The notes below the pieces were generated by a model, which was not told the DNA's origin, ran no database searches, and saw only the letters and a program-made list of their open reading frames with translations. From a bacterium (GTDB lineage Bacteria; Hinthialibacterota; Hinthialibacteria; Hinthialibacterales; Hinthialibacteraceae), in assembly GCA_041946805.1 (NCBI GenBank), contig JBHGBC010000003.1, positions 32,001 through 96,000 on the forward strand: a stretch of 64,000 bases of DNA. The letters run 5' to 3'. The translations under genes were made by a program, and so were the position numbers. Positions 47,216 to 57,145 of this stretch are shown in pieces. Numbering within the stretch: position 1 is the first letter of the stretch; each line of letters opens with the position of its first letter.

Positions 47216-47251
47216 TAGGAAAATCGCTCTTGTTATCGATATCCCCATTTC

Positions 47252-48151
47252 TCAAAACGCCTTCAACTTCCCGGCCTCGCGGTCGCCCAGGATCCCGCTG
47301 GGCCGCACGAAGAGAATGACCAGCAGCACCAGCAGGGCGATGGCGTCCTTGTAGGCGGACGAGACCAGCCCCGCGCCCAGCGATTCCAAAATCCCCAGGA
47401 TGAATCCGGCGGCCACCGCGCCCGAACTGTTCCCCAACCCACCCAGGACAGCGGCGCTGAAGCCCTTGAGGGCCAGCATGAATCCCCGGTTGTAATCGAC
47501 CAGGGCGATGGGGGTGATAATGATCCCGGCGATGGCGCCAATGCCCGCGCTCAACACGAAGGACAACAGCACCATCCCGCGCACCTCGATCCCCATGAGC
47601 ATGGCGGCCACCCGGTTGGCCGAGCAGGCGCGCATGGCCTTGCCCGCCAGGGTGAAATGAAAAAACAGATGCAGCAAAGCCACGGTGACGGCCATGATTC
47701 CCATGATCCAGAGGGTTTGCGGAAGGATGGACGCGCCGAAGACCGAAATCGGCTTCTCGCCGGAAAAATGGGGCAGCGTGTAGGCTTCCTTGCCCCAAAT
47801 GAACATGGCGGCGCCCTTGAGCACGATGGAGCCGCCAATGGTGATGATGATCAGGGTCAGGACGTTCGGTTCCTTGAGGGGATGAATGGCCAGCCGTTCA
47901 AACAGGCCGCCAAGCAACGCCACGATCAGGGTCGTGAGAACGAACGCCGGGAGCATCGGCAGTCCCAGGCCGGTGGTGAGCGACACCATGATCAGGCCGC
48001 CCAGCATGACAAATTCACCCTGGGCGAAGTTGATGATGCCCGTGGCGTTGTAAATGATGTTGTAGCCGATGGCGACCATGCCGTAAATGCAGCCAATACT
48101 CAGGCCGGTCACCAGGTACTGCAAGATTTGGCTTCCCAATCCAATGCCCAT
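47252..48151 (-). CDS. livH: Branched-chain amino acid-type ABC transporter permease
   Basis: 'INFAQGEF', 'GKAMRA', 'KGFSAAVLGG' and 'RPSG'. Confidence 0.9.
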   Translation of the reverse strand: MGIGLGSQILQYLVTGLSIGCIYGMVAIGYNIIYNATGIINFAQGEFVMLGGLIMVSLTTGLGLPMLPAFVLTTLIVALLGGLFERLAIHPLKEPNVLTLIIITIGGSIVLKGAAMFIWGKEAYTLPHFSGEKPISVFGASILPQTLWIMGIMAVTVALLHLFFHFTLAGKAMRACSANRVAAMLMGIEVRGMVLLSFVLSAGIGAIAGIIITPIALVDYNRGFMLALKGFSAAVLGGLGNSSGAVAAGFILGILESLGAGLVSSAYKDAIALLVLLVILFVRPSGILGDREAGKLKAF

Positions 48152-48247
48152 AAACGGTTCACTCAGCCCTGAATCAAATCCCGGGCGGGAAGCCGGATTG
48201 GCTCCGTTCCCCGCCCGGAATCAGGAAGGCTCATTCCCCCGCCGGGA

Positions 48248-49471
48248 TTACGGCTGCCACGGGACAAATTTCCCACCTTTCACGGTGATCAACTCGAACG
48301 CGTCCTTGGTCAATCCGCAATGATCCTCGGGTGAAAAGTTGAAGGTACCCGCGGTGCCCTGGAATCCCTTCGTGTTCTCGATGAAATCGCGGATCTTCGC
48401 CCGGTCGGGTCCCACTTCCTTGATTGCGTTGATGATCAGGTGCAGGGCGTCGTAGGCATGGCCGCCGAAGGTGCTGGCGCTTTCGCCGAATTCCGACTCG
48501 TAATCCTTTTTATATTGCATCAGCAAGGCCTTACGGGGATGGGTGTCCGGCAGAGATTCGGCCACCAGCAACGCCCCCGCGGGGAAAATGATGCCTTCCG
48601 CCGCTTCCCCGGCCGCCTGCGCGTACCGGAGATTCCCGAAGCCGTGACTCTGGTAGAGGGGAATGGTCATCCCCAGTTGTTTCATATTCTTGGGGATGAT
48701 GCTTTGCGCCGGCACGATCGACCAGTTGACCACCGCCTGGGCATCGGTTCCCCGGATGCGGGTGAGCTGGGCGGTCATATCGGTGTCGGCCGGATTGTAG
48801 GATTCATCGGCCACGATGGTGATCCCCATGTCGGGCGCCAGTTTCTTGAGTTGCGCGCGGCCCGATTGTCCGAAGCCCGTGGACTCGCCCATGACGGCGA
48901 TTTTGGTGATCCCCGCGGTTTTCATGTGCTCAAAGATGCGGATCACGCAATCGCTGTCGCTCTGCGGGGTTTTGAAAACCCATTTGGACAGCGGCTGCAC
49001 GATTTCAATGGCCGCGGCGCAGGACAGCAGGGGAACTTGATTCTCCTCCGCGATCGGTTTGACGGCCATGCTGGTGCCGCTGCGCGAGGGGCCGATGATG
49101 GCGCAAACGTTGTCGAACTTGATGAGCTTGTTGATCTTGGTCACTGTGACTTTCTCATCGCCCTCGGTGTCTTCGACGATCACTTGCAGCGGGCGGCCAT
49201 TGATCCCGCCGGCGTCGTTGATCTGCTGCTCGATCATCAGGGCCGTATTCCGTTCCGGCTCGCCTAAATTGGAGGCGGGACCGGTGATCGCGAACAAGGC
49301 CCCCACCTTGATGGGTTCCTGGGCGGACAGGTCCGCTCCCGCGGGCCGCGGGGCTTCCGCTTCCGGCCGGGTGGATTCCGGCGCCGAGGGGGCTGGTTCC
49401 TGACTGGGTCCGCAGGCGTACCCCAGCAGGAGTAGCAGGCCAAGAATGAGTACTCCGTATTTTCGCATCAT
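48248..49471 (-). CDS. livK: LivJ/LivK-type ABC substrate-binding lipoprotein
   Basis: Lipobox-like 'GYAC', 'IKVGALFAITG', 'GGINGRPL' and 'AYDA'. Confidence 0.85.
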   Translation of the reverse strand: MMRKYGVLILGLLLLLGYACGPSQEPAPSAPESTRPEAEAPRPAGADLSAQEPIKVGALFAITGPASNLGEPERNTALMIEQQINDAGGINGRPLQVIVEDTEGDEKVTVTKINKLIKFDNVCAIIGPSRSGTSMAVKPIAEENQVPLLSCAAAIEIVQPLSKWVFKTPQSDSDCVIRIFEHMKTAGITKIAVMGESTGFGQSGRAQLKKLAPDMGITIVADESYNPADTDMTAQLTRIRGTDAQAVVNWSIVPAQSIIPKNMKQLGMTIPLYQSHGFGNLRYAQAAGEAAEGIIFPAGALLVAESLPDTHPRKALLMQYKKDYESEFGESASTFGGHAYDALHLIINAIKEVGPDRAKIRDFIENTKGFQGTAGTFNFSPEDHCGLTKDAFELITVKGGKFVPWQP

Positions 49472-49563
49472 GATTTTGACCTCTTCATCAATGGATGGCG
49501 GGGGGAGACGCCGCGCGGGCGCTCCCCCCGGTTCTTGGATTCATCACGCGGGATGACGTTCCG

Positions 49564-51129
49564 CTAAAAGGTGTACATCACCTGGAAACGGGCGAACAAC
49601 GCGCCATCCGCGTCATCGGCGTAATAGTTACCCGGTTCGAGCCATTCCACCAGGATATGGCCGCTCATGTTCTTGGTGAATACATAATTGGTGAGCGACT
49701 GGATATTGTGGCCGCGTTCGTCTCCACCCCCGGGCCCGGTTTTTTCCTCCGCCAGGTAATACAGGTAGCGGAACGACTGGGTCAGTTTATCCGTGGGTTG
49801 GAAAGTGAACATGAGTTCCGGGAAATAGATGTTGGACCAAGCCCCGACATCCGGATCGTTTCCCTTGTTGGCGAACTTGAAGCCGTCGTACAGGGAATAA
49901 ATGTACAATTCGCTGTACTTGGGCCATTGCCCGTAGAAATCATCCCAGCCTTCATAATCATCGCTGGTGGGATCGTCACCGGACAGATAATAGAATCCCG
50001 CTTTCAAACTGGGTTTCCAAGGCGTCTTGTCCCACGTCAACGTGGCATGGAGGTAGCCGCCCCAGGCGTCTCGGTCCACTTCGCCGGCTCCCCCGTAACT
50101 GAATCCCTTGGCGGGATCCGCGATATAATTGGGCACGCCGGTGAAGTCCACTTCACCGAATTCCTTGCCGAATTCCGTGGCCAGCGCGAGGGTCATGCCA
50201 TCGGCGACGGCGAAACTCTTGGTGCCGCGCATGCCGATCAAGTAGGTCTGTTCCTTGGGCGATGGATCATACGCGCTGTAAGGATACGATACTGTGCCCG
50301 GCGCACCGGAAACATCCGGCGCGTCATTCTTGTTGCGGACCAGGAAGTACGGCTCGAGGCCCACGCCGGTATCGCCGATGGTGAACTTGTTGTAAATCCC
50401 ATACAGATCTTCATCATCCGACGACTGAAAGCCGTTTTCCTGCAACTTGGAGTAGATCAAATCCGTGGTACCCCAATCATACTTGTACGACAACTTGGCG
50501 GCGTCGAAAGATATGGTTTGCGAACCATCGTAGGGGGTGCCGTCGAGGATTACGAATCCTTCGCCGTATATCAAATCCTGGCGGCCGGCGCGCAGCGTGA
50601 GGCCGGTGCCCAGAATGTCCCGCACTTCCGCCCAGGCGTTGTCAAACATGGCGTCCTTGGCTTCCACATCATACCCGAAATGCTCGTTGTCCTGGCCGTA
50701 GAACCATTCCTTGGTGAAGCGGACATAGGCTTCCATGGTGTCCGTGGGATTCCAGTCCAAGAAGACGCGGGGACGGAAGCGGTAGACTTCACGCCGGTCA
50801 TTCGTACCGTCCTCGAAATCCCAAAGATTATCGAAATACAAACCGCGCAAGCGGATATCGCCGCCCACTTGCAAGGTTCCGCCCGGACCGATCAGCTTGG
50901 TGACCGGCTTCTCCGGCGCCGCGGGGGGAGCGGCGGGCACGGCGGGAGGAGCGGCTTCCCGCGCCGCCTTCTCCGCCTCCAGGATTTGTTTCATGTCCTG
51001 CAATTGCTTTTCCAGATCCTGGACCTTCTTCTCCAATTCACTGACCCGGTCCTGGCTCCACCCGGATGCGGGAACCAGAAGCAGGATACAGACCGCTAAG
51101 ACCAGTGGACTCAAGGCTGATTTCCACAT
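49564..51129 (-). CDS. Alginate export (AlgE-like) family outer-membrane beta-barrel porin
   Basis: Signal peptide, coiled coil, 'RAGRQDLIYGEGF', 'FDAA', 'YLSGDD' and C-terminal 'QVMYTF'. GGAGG spacing favours the ATG at 51129 over 51135. Confidence 0.8.
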   Translation of the reverse strand: MWKSALSPLVLAVCILLLVPASGWSQDRVSELEKKVQDLEKQLQDMKQILEAEKAAREAAPPAVPAAPPAAPEKPVTKLIGPGGTLQVGGDIRLRGLYFDNLWDFEDGTNDRREVYRFRPRVFLDWNPTDTMEAYVRFTKEWFYGQDNEHFGYDVEAKDAMFDNAWAEVRDILGTGLTLRAGRQDLIYGEGFVILDGTPYDGSQTISFDAAKLSYKYDWGTTDLIYSKLQENGFQSSDDEDLYGIYNKFTIGDTGVGLEPYFLVRNKNDAPDVSGAPGTVSYPYSAYDPSPKEQTYLIGMRGTKSFAVADGMTLALATEFGKEFGEVDFTGVPNYIADPAKGFSYGGAGEVDRDAWGGYLHATLTWDKTPWKPSLKAGFYYLSGDDPTSDDYEGWDDFYGQWPKYSELYIYSLYDGFKFANKGNDPDVGAWSNIYFPELMFTFQPTDKLTQSFRYLYYLAEEKTGPGGGDERGHNIQSLTNYVFTKNMSGHILVEWLEPGNYYADDADGALFARFQVMYTF

Positions 51130-51318
51130 GCACATTCCCTCCCTTGCTTTGTAAGGATGAAAAGGCCAATCCCAACTGGTGTTGTCGCATGACTTCCCTG
51201 GACCCGTCAGGACGCATGGCGTAACAGGCCGGCCGAACGGCCGAGATATCGGATCGTGGTAGGCGGTTTTCCTCCTTCTCCGGGTCGAAACGCGGGATCG
51301 CCCGGTTTTGCCATCCGG

Positions 51319-51750
51319 TCAGAGTTTGTATAAATCGTTCCCATTCAACACGCGGAGGCCGTGCCCCTGGAGCACACGGAGGGCTTCATCCACTTTCTCG
51401 AAGCGGAATATCAAAATGGCTTTCTCGCCCGAGCGTTCGATAAAGCCATACAAGTAACTGACATTGATTTTTTCTTGAAATAGAATATCCATCACCCCGG
51501 CCATGCCGCCGGGCGCGTCGGGGATTTCCACGGCGATCACTTCGGTGTCATGCACCGTGAACTGGTGCGCCCGCAGGATCTCGATCGCCCGGTCCACATC
51601 ATTGACCACGAGGCGGATAATGCCGCAGTCATGGCTGTCCGCCAGCGAGATGACCCGGATGTTGATGGAATGCTCGGCCAATATCCGGGTGACCTCGGCC
51701 ACCCGGCCGGTCCGATTCTCCACAAACACCGAAAGCTGGCGCATTTTCAT
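51319..51750 (-). CDS. Tandem ACT-domain protein
   Basis: 'QLSVFVENRTGR', 'INIRVISLAD' and 'PDAPGG'; a type often found beside paaK. Confidence 0.88.
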   Translation of the reverse strand: MKMRQLSVFVENRTGRVAEVTRILAEHSINIRVISLADSHDCGIIRLVVNDVDRAIEILRAHQFTVHDTEVIAVEIPDAPGGMAGVMDILFQEKINVSYLYGFIERSGEKAILIFRFEKVDEALRVLQGHGLRVLNGNDLYKL

Positions 51751-52180
51751 GAAGGAAACCCAGTTGCCGTACGCATTCCCGCCGATGCCGCGCGCGGAAG
51801 GTTACGCCTGTCCGATAAAAAACGATCCTGCTCTCCTAAACCAAAGGAGGCCATCAGACGCTGATATTAAGATTACAAATCAAGTAATGTATAAGCGGCG
51901 AATAACATTACTGTTTTTGTATAGTATATTTAAACAATATTCTTTTCTTCACCCATTCACTTAACGCCGCCTATCATTTCAAATTTCGTGGGATTTGTGA
52001 ATACCTCTCTCATAAAATGCTCCATATTTTGAAAAGATTTTTTCGCGATGCTTTTATCATGAAAAGGGGATGTTTGGCAATCCACTGGGTATTACTTTCC
52101 CCTAACCAGGGATGCGGTAATAGCAGGGTGGACTCAAAGCGCGGCATTGCCCAATAAATCCACAACCTCTCTTTTCACTT

Positions 52181-52516
52181 CCCCCTTCCCTTTTATGGGC
52201 AAGGGGCCAGGGGTGAGGGTAAAAAAAAGGATCATCCGATAAGTGCGTAGCTGTTGAAATAAAATGGATTCCATTCACCCCGGGATGAGTCCGGATCCCC
52301 AGCTCCGGCCAAAATTCCCTCACCCTGATCCTCTCCCAGGAGGGGAGGGGATTTTGGGGGTGTTTTTCACCGGTGTATTCTAAGAGCAGTGGTCCGGTCA
52401 TTGGATAAAAAGTACGCACTGGCCAGATGAGCCAGAAAAAAGATGTCCAGGTTGGTAAGCAAGGGCACGTTGCCACATGCCCTTCCTCGCTGCATCCCCG
52501 CTTGCGTGGGGATGAC
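52181..52516. repeat. Cluster of degenerate REP-like elements
   Basis: CCCTCACCC hairpins at 52181-52219 and 52317-52350, GTAG-type at 52459-52486 and ATCCCCGC-type at 52491-52516. Confidence 0.65.
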
Positions 52517-52654
52517 TCATTCTCACCGGAATGAGATGACCTCCTCGGGTGATGAAATAGCGGCAATAAGTTGACCTGTTGACATGGCTATCCAATCATG
52601 GAAAATCGTTTTCCTGGATTGGAAGACTGTTCACAGGAATGGGAAAGGGATTGA

Positions 52655-54094
52655 ATGCCAATGAAGGCCCATCGCGAATCAAATTCTATTTCATCCCGGG
52701 CTGGGATCGTCCTGAGTGTGTTATCGAGCATGTGGATGCTGCTTCTCGGTACAGCGGCCGCGGCCGAACCGATACGGCTGCATCCCGAGAATCCGCATTA
52801 CTTCGAGTTCCGTGGAAAGCCCACGGTGCTGGTCACCTCGGGCGAGCATTACGGGGCGGTGTTGAACCTGGATTTCGATTACCTCCCCTACCTGGACGAG
52901 CTGAAAGCCAAGGGGCTGAACCTTACCCGGACGTTTTCAGGCGCGTATTGCGAGAATCCGGCGGCCTTCAACATTGAGAAGAATACCCTGGCCCCGTATC
53001 CGTTACGGTTGGTCTGTCCCTGGAAACGAAGTTCCCTGCCAGGGTATTTCAATGGCGGGAACAAGTTTGATTTGAACACGTGGGACGATGAGTACTTCCG
53101 GCGGTTGCGGGATTTCGCCGCCCAGGCGGGAAAACGGGGGATCGTGGTGGAATTGGTGTTGTTCTGCCCGTTTTATGGCGAAGAAATGTGGAAACTCTCA
53201 CCCATGAACGCAATCAACAATATCAACGGCTACAGCACGCTGGCCCGCGACGAGGTGTACGCTCTGAAAGACGAAAAACTGACCGAAGCCCAAGAGGATA
53301 TGGTCAAACAGATCGTGCGGGAGCTTAAACACCTAGACAACCTGTTTTATGAAATCTGTAACGAACCGTATTTCGGCGGAGTGACGAGGGAATGGCAGAA
53401 CCACATCATCGATACCATCGTTGCCGAAGAATCGTCTTATCAGCACCGCCACCTGATCGCCCAAAACATCGCCAACGGCAGCGGCGTGATCGAAAATCCC
53501 AATCCCCACGTCTCCCTTTTCAACTTTCATTACGCCTATCCGCCCGATGCCGTGGCGCAGAATTTTCATCTGAACAAGGCGATCGGGTATGATGAAAGCG
53601 GCTTCAGCGGCAACAGTGACACCAAATACCGGGGCGACGGCTGGGCGTTTCTGATGGCCGGGGGTGGTTTGTATGACAACCTGGATTACTCGTTCACCCC
53701 GGATTACGAAACCGGCACCGCCAGCCAAAGCGCGCCCGGTGGAGGCAGCCTCGCCCTGCGCCAGCAACTCAAGATTCTGAAGGACTTTATCGAGGATTTT
53801 GATTTCATCCGCATGAAACCCGATCCCTCCGTGATCACGGGTATCGAGGGCGATCCCAAAATCCGCGGATGGTGCCTGGCGGAAGCCGGCCAAGCGTACG
53901 CCTTCTACGTGCGTTTCGGCAGCCAGGCGAAGATCCGCTTGAATATTCCCCAAGGATCCTACCAGGCGGACTGGATCGACACCCTGACCGGCAAAGTCAA
54001 GCAGAGCGAAAAGGTGAATCATCCCGGCGGGGAAATGATCCTGGAATCACCGGAGTACGTGGATGACATCGCCTTGCGGATCAAAGCGCGGTGA
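52655..54094 (+). CDS. Secreted clan GH-A-like glycoside hydrolase with a C-terminal beta-sandwich (collagen-binding-like) domain
   Basis: 'HPENPHYF', 'YEICNEP', 'GYDESG' and C-terminal 'YQADWIDTLTG'. Confidence 0.75.
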   Translation: MPMKAHRESNSISSRAGIVLSVLSSMWMLLLGTAAAAEPIRLHPENPHYFEFRGKPTVLVTSGEHYGAVLNLDFDYLPYLDELKAKGLNLTRTFSGAYCENPAAFNIEKNTLAPYPLRLVCPWKRSSLPGYFNGGNKFDLNTWDDEYFRRLRDFAAQAGKRGIVVELVLFCPFYGEEMWKLSPMNAINNINGYSTLARDEVYALKDEKLTEAQEDMVKQIVRELKHLDNLFYEICNEPYFGGVTREWQNHIIDTIVAEESSYQHRHLIAQNIANGSGVIENPNPHVSLFNFHYAYPPDAVAQNFHLNKAIGYDESGFSGNSDTKYRGDGWAFLMAGGGLYDNLDYSFTPDYETGTASQSAPGGGSLALRQQLKILKDFIEDFDFIRMKPDPSVITGIEGDPKIRGWCLAEAGQAYAFYVRFGSQAKIRLNIPQGSYQADWIDTLTGKVKQSEKVNHPGGEMILESPEYVDDIALRIKAR

Positions 54095-54126
54095 GGGAAG
54101 GACAATCAACCGGGGAGAAAACGAGC

Positions 54127-54459
54127 ATGTCCAACTCATCCGGACATAATACGGATTTTGTGCACGTAGTATTTTTCTGGCTGAAACCCGGAACGCCGCC
54201 CGGCCGGATTCAATCCATGGTCGAGGATTGCAAAACCTGCCTGGGCTCGATCGAGACGGTCAAGGACCTGAAGGTGTGCCGTCCGGCGGGCACGGCCCGC
54301 AACGTGGTGGATAACAGCTACGATGTCTCCCTGGTGGTCTCGTTCGAAAACCGGGAAGGGCACGATTACTATCAAATGGCCAAGCGGCACATGGAGTTCA
54401 TCGAGAGGAACAAGGAACTCTGGGAGCGGGTGCAGGTGTACGACATGATCCCGCATTAA
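54127..54459 (+). CDS. Dabb family (stress-responsive A/B barrel) protein
   Basis: 'HVVFFWLK', 'RNVVDNSYD' and 'VQVYD'; RBS GGAG. Confidence 0.85.
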   Translation: MSNSSGHNTDFVHVVFFWLKPGTPPGRIQSMVEDCKTCLGSIETVKDLKVCRPAGTARNVVDNSYDVSLVVSFENREGHDYYQMAKRHMEFIERNKELWERVQVYDMIPH

Positions 54460-54487
54460 GTGAATGCCTTGATTCGCCCGGGAATCC

Positions 54488-55234
54488 TTACGGATTGGCA
54501 GCCTCACCCACAGGGGGAATTTTGTCCCGCGCCACGAGGAGAATCTGGGTATTGAGAAACCGTCCCAAGGGCTTGAACGGCAAGCCCGTGACCCGCAGGG
54601 ACGCGAAATGCTTGCGGATTTCAGCCATGGTATGCCGGTAGTCGTAACCCTTATGCAGGGAAATGCTGGGCCGGGGAATCCGGTCAAGCCTCCCCAAAAA
54701 CGCGTTCCATAGCTCCTTCCAGGTGTAGGCCCCCCGGTAACCGCCAAAACAGATTTTCGCCACGCTTTGCTTCAGCAGCACCGTCAAACCCATTTCGATG
54801 GGGACGGAGACGATCAGCGTTCCGTCGTCCCGGAGAATCCTTTTCAGTTCCCCGACGGCGAGCGCTTCCCCCTCCACATGTTCGAGCGTTTCCAGGCAAC
54901 AGACGACATTGAACGACTGGTCCCGGAAGGGCAGATGGCGCAGATCGCCCTGAATGCCGGCGGCGTGATCGGATTCCAGCCGGGTTTGCAGCGTCCGCAG
55001 CGCCTGGAAATTGTGATCCGAACCCACCGCGAAGGCGTAATGGCCCCCGGCGCGGACCAGCAGTTCGCCGTCTGAACAGCCCGCGTCCAGCAGATGGACA
55101 TCGGGACCGAGCGGGGCGTTCGCCAGCGCCTCGCGGATATGGGCGGCGTGCACCCAGTTCATCACCCGGTGGCGGCTGTGGTACAATTGCCGGGAATGGC
55201 CCGCCGGGTCGTAATGGAATGTAGACTTGGGCAT
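54488..55234 (-). CDS. Class I SAM-dependent methyltransferase
   Basis: 'LDAGCSDG', 'LPFRDQSF', 'ETLEHV' and 'RILRDDG'. Confidence 0.82.
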   Translation of the reverse strand: MPKSTFHYDPAGHSRQLYHSRHRVMNWVHAAHIREALANAPLGPDVHLLDAGCSDGELLVRAGGHYAFAVGSDHNFQALRTLQTRLESDHAAGIQGDLRHLPFRDQSFNVVCCLETLEHVEGEALAVGELKRILRDDGTLIVSVPIEMGLTVLLKQSVAKICFGGYRGAYTWKELWNAFLGRLDRIPRPSISLHKGYDYRHTMAEIRKHFASLRVTGLPFKPLGRFLNTQILLVARDKIPPVGEAANP

Positions 55235-55570
55235 GGTACGTATTCTTCTCCAACCAATAGCAGCCAGATTGTACCATGATCCACCGATCGGCATAAGCGA
55301 TGAAAGAAGGATGGATTCGCGAAGCGAAATCCATCATGGGCTTTTGCAGAGGCGGATCCTGGTGTCCGCCCGGATTGAGCTGGGTTCCAGCCCCTCCTCT
55401 TCTTCTCCGTGTCCTTCCGGGAGAAGGCCGGGGTGAGGAATGGGAGGGCGAACCTCCCAGTGAACCATGTCCTGATAGCGCAGTCATCCCGCCTGCATTC
55501 GATAGGGGCGGCCGGGGGACCGGCCGGTTTTCTCTCCCTCCGGCGCCGGTTTCCATTGTTCGTGGTTTTT

Positions 55571-56821
55571 TCATAGTTCGGGGGATTTATCGGCAGGCTC
55601 CATCGTTCCGGCGTCCCGGAAACAGCCGTACAGCATCCCCATGAAGCACCAGGTGAAGAGGTGGACATGGACACCATGGATGAGGAACGACATGACCAGC
55701 GTGGTCAGGCTCACGAACGCGGCCCGGAGGAACCGCGTTTCCCCGGAATGGAAACGCGATTGACGCTGGGCGTCATACCATCCCCAAAACAAGCGTCCTC
55801 CGATCCAACTGAAGGCCAGACCGCCGAGGATGCCGGTTTCGGCCAGCAACCGCAGTAAAGTGGAATTCGGCTCTCCCGCGGGACCGGCGGATTCGGGATA
55901 CGCCCAGGCCAGGTATGCTTCATACTGGCCGGGACCCACACCGAAAAAGGGATGCGCGGCGAACACGGCCAAGGCGCTCAATCCTCTCTCCACAAAATCG
56001 GGAGAGATTATATTCCTTACCCCGGCCGTGACCGTGTCTCCGATGCCAAAATCCCTTCCCTGAAGCAGGTGCAACAGGGCCACGGCGGCCAGGGGAGCCA
56101 ACCAAAGGATCAACTCCCGGTTGATCAGACGGAACGCCGCACAAAGCGTCACCGTCAGGAAGAGTAAGGTGATAGCGCCGCGGGAACCGGTCATCAATCC
56201 CAATCCCAGGCCCAGGAGAAAGATACCGGCCCACCATCCCTCTTCCCGGGAGGTGTCCGATTGCTGAAACGCCACGAGCGCGAAGGGGAGAATCCAAGCT
56301 AAAAAGATCCCGAAAAAGCCGGCCTCCGCAAAACCTCCGCAGGCGGAAGGGGCCGTTCCGACGGTCCATGGCTGGATCTGGAAAACGGCCAGGAAAAGAG
56401 CGGCCAGCAAGCAGGCCTTGAAAGGAAAAATCACATACGGATTCAGATTGGGTTGTGGCCAGTACAAGCCCACGAAATAAGCAGCCGCCGCGTATGCCAG
56501 CCAAGCCGCCGTGGTTTGAAGGGCGGAATCCGGATGTAGGCAAAGCAGGCTGGATGCCAGGAACGAAGCCAACAGAAAAACAAACCCAGTCAGCCATTCC
56601 CGGTGGATTTGACGGGATAAGGCCAGGCGGAGCCCGGCGCTGCAGAGAAACACCGTCAAAGCGGCCGCGGGCAGGGGTATGGCGGCGCCCGGAAGGGGAA
56701 TCCGCTCCGTTTCCAGGGTGCTCAGGAAGGCGAGGGCGCCGATGCCCAAAATGGGAAAAGCCGCGCACATCACCGCGAGGCCGGTCCAGATCAGGACAAG
56801 AAGCAGATAAAGAATCATCAT
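55571..56821 (-). CDS. O-antigen ligase (Wzy_C)-like membrane protein
   Basis: About 11 TMs, 'TGSRGA', 'HPFFGVGPG' and 'LAETGILG'. The usual H of H-N appears as 'PNS'. Confidence 0.78.
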   Translation of the reverse strand: MMILYLLLVLIWTGLAVMCAAFPILGIGALAFLSTLETERIPLPGAAIPLPAAALTVFLCSAGLRLALSRQIHREWLTGFVFLLASFLASSLLCLHPDSALQTTAAWLAYAAAAYFVGLYWPQPNLNPYVIFPFKACLLAALFLAVFQIQPWTVGTAPSACGGFAEAGFFGIFLAWILPFALVAFQQSDTSREEGWWAGIFLLGLGLGLMTGSRGAITLLFLTVTLCAAFRLINRELILWLAPLAAVALLHLLQGRDFGIGDTVTAGVRNIISPDFVERGLSALAVFAAHPFFGVGPGQYEAYLAWAYPESAGPAGEPNSTLLRLLAETGILGGLAFSWIGGRLFWGWYDAQRQSRFHSGETRFLRAAFVSLTTLVMSFLIHGVHVHLFTWCFMGMLYGCFRDAGTMEPADKSPEL

Positions 56822-57056
56822 GGGTCCAAGAATATCGTATCCCGGGATAGTCCAGCGAATTGCGAAGATTGTCAACCTGGCGCAATTGGGAATTGCGGAG
56901 TGGATGGATCAGGCCATTTTGGCGCATCCGGTATGTCCAATCACTCCGGGGTACTGCGATACAGGATACGCCAAGACCTGGCAAAGGAATCTATAAGCCC
57001 TTGCAAATCAAATCAATAGAAGATACCGAGCACCATGGGAAGTGATAGGGATGGGT

Positions 57057-57073
57057 TTGGCATTGACATTGCT
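57057..57073 (+). promoter_or_regulatory. Candidate sigma-54 (-24/-12) promoter for groES-groEL
   Basis: TTGGCATTGACATTGCT has GG-N10-GC spacing and is close to consensus YTGGCACRNNNNTTGCW. It overlaps a TTGACA hexamer. Confidence 0.45.
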
Positions 57074-57145
57074 GTATATGCACAAAGGCATAATAATAGC
57101 CCATCATTTACATGCTCAATGGAATATAGAAAGGAGTTTCGGGTC

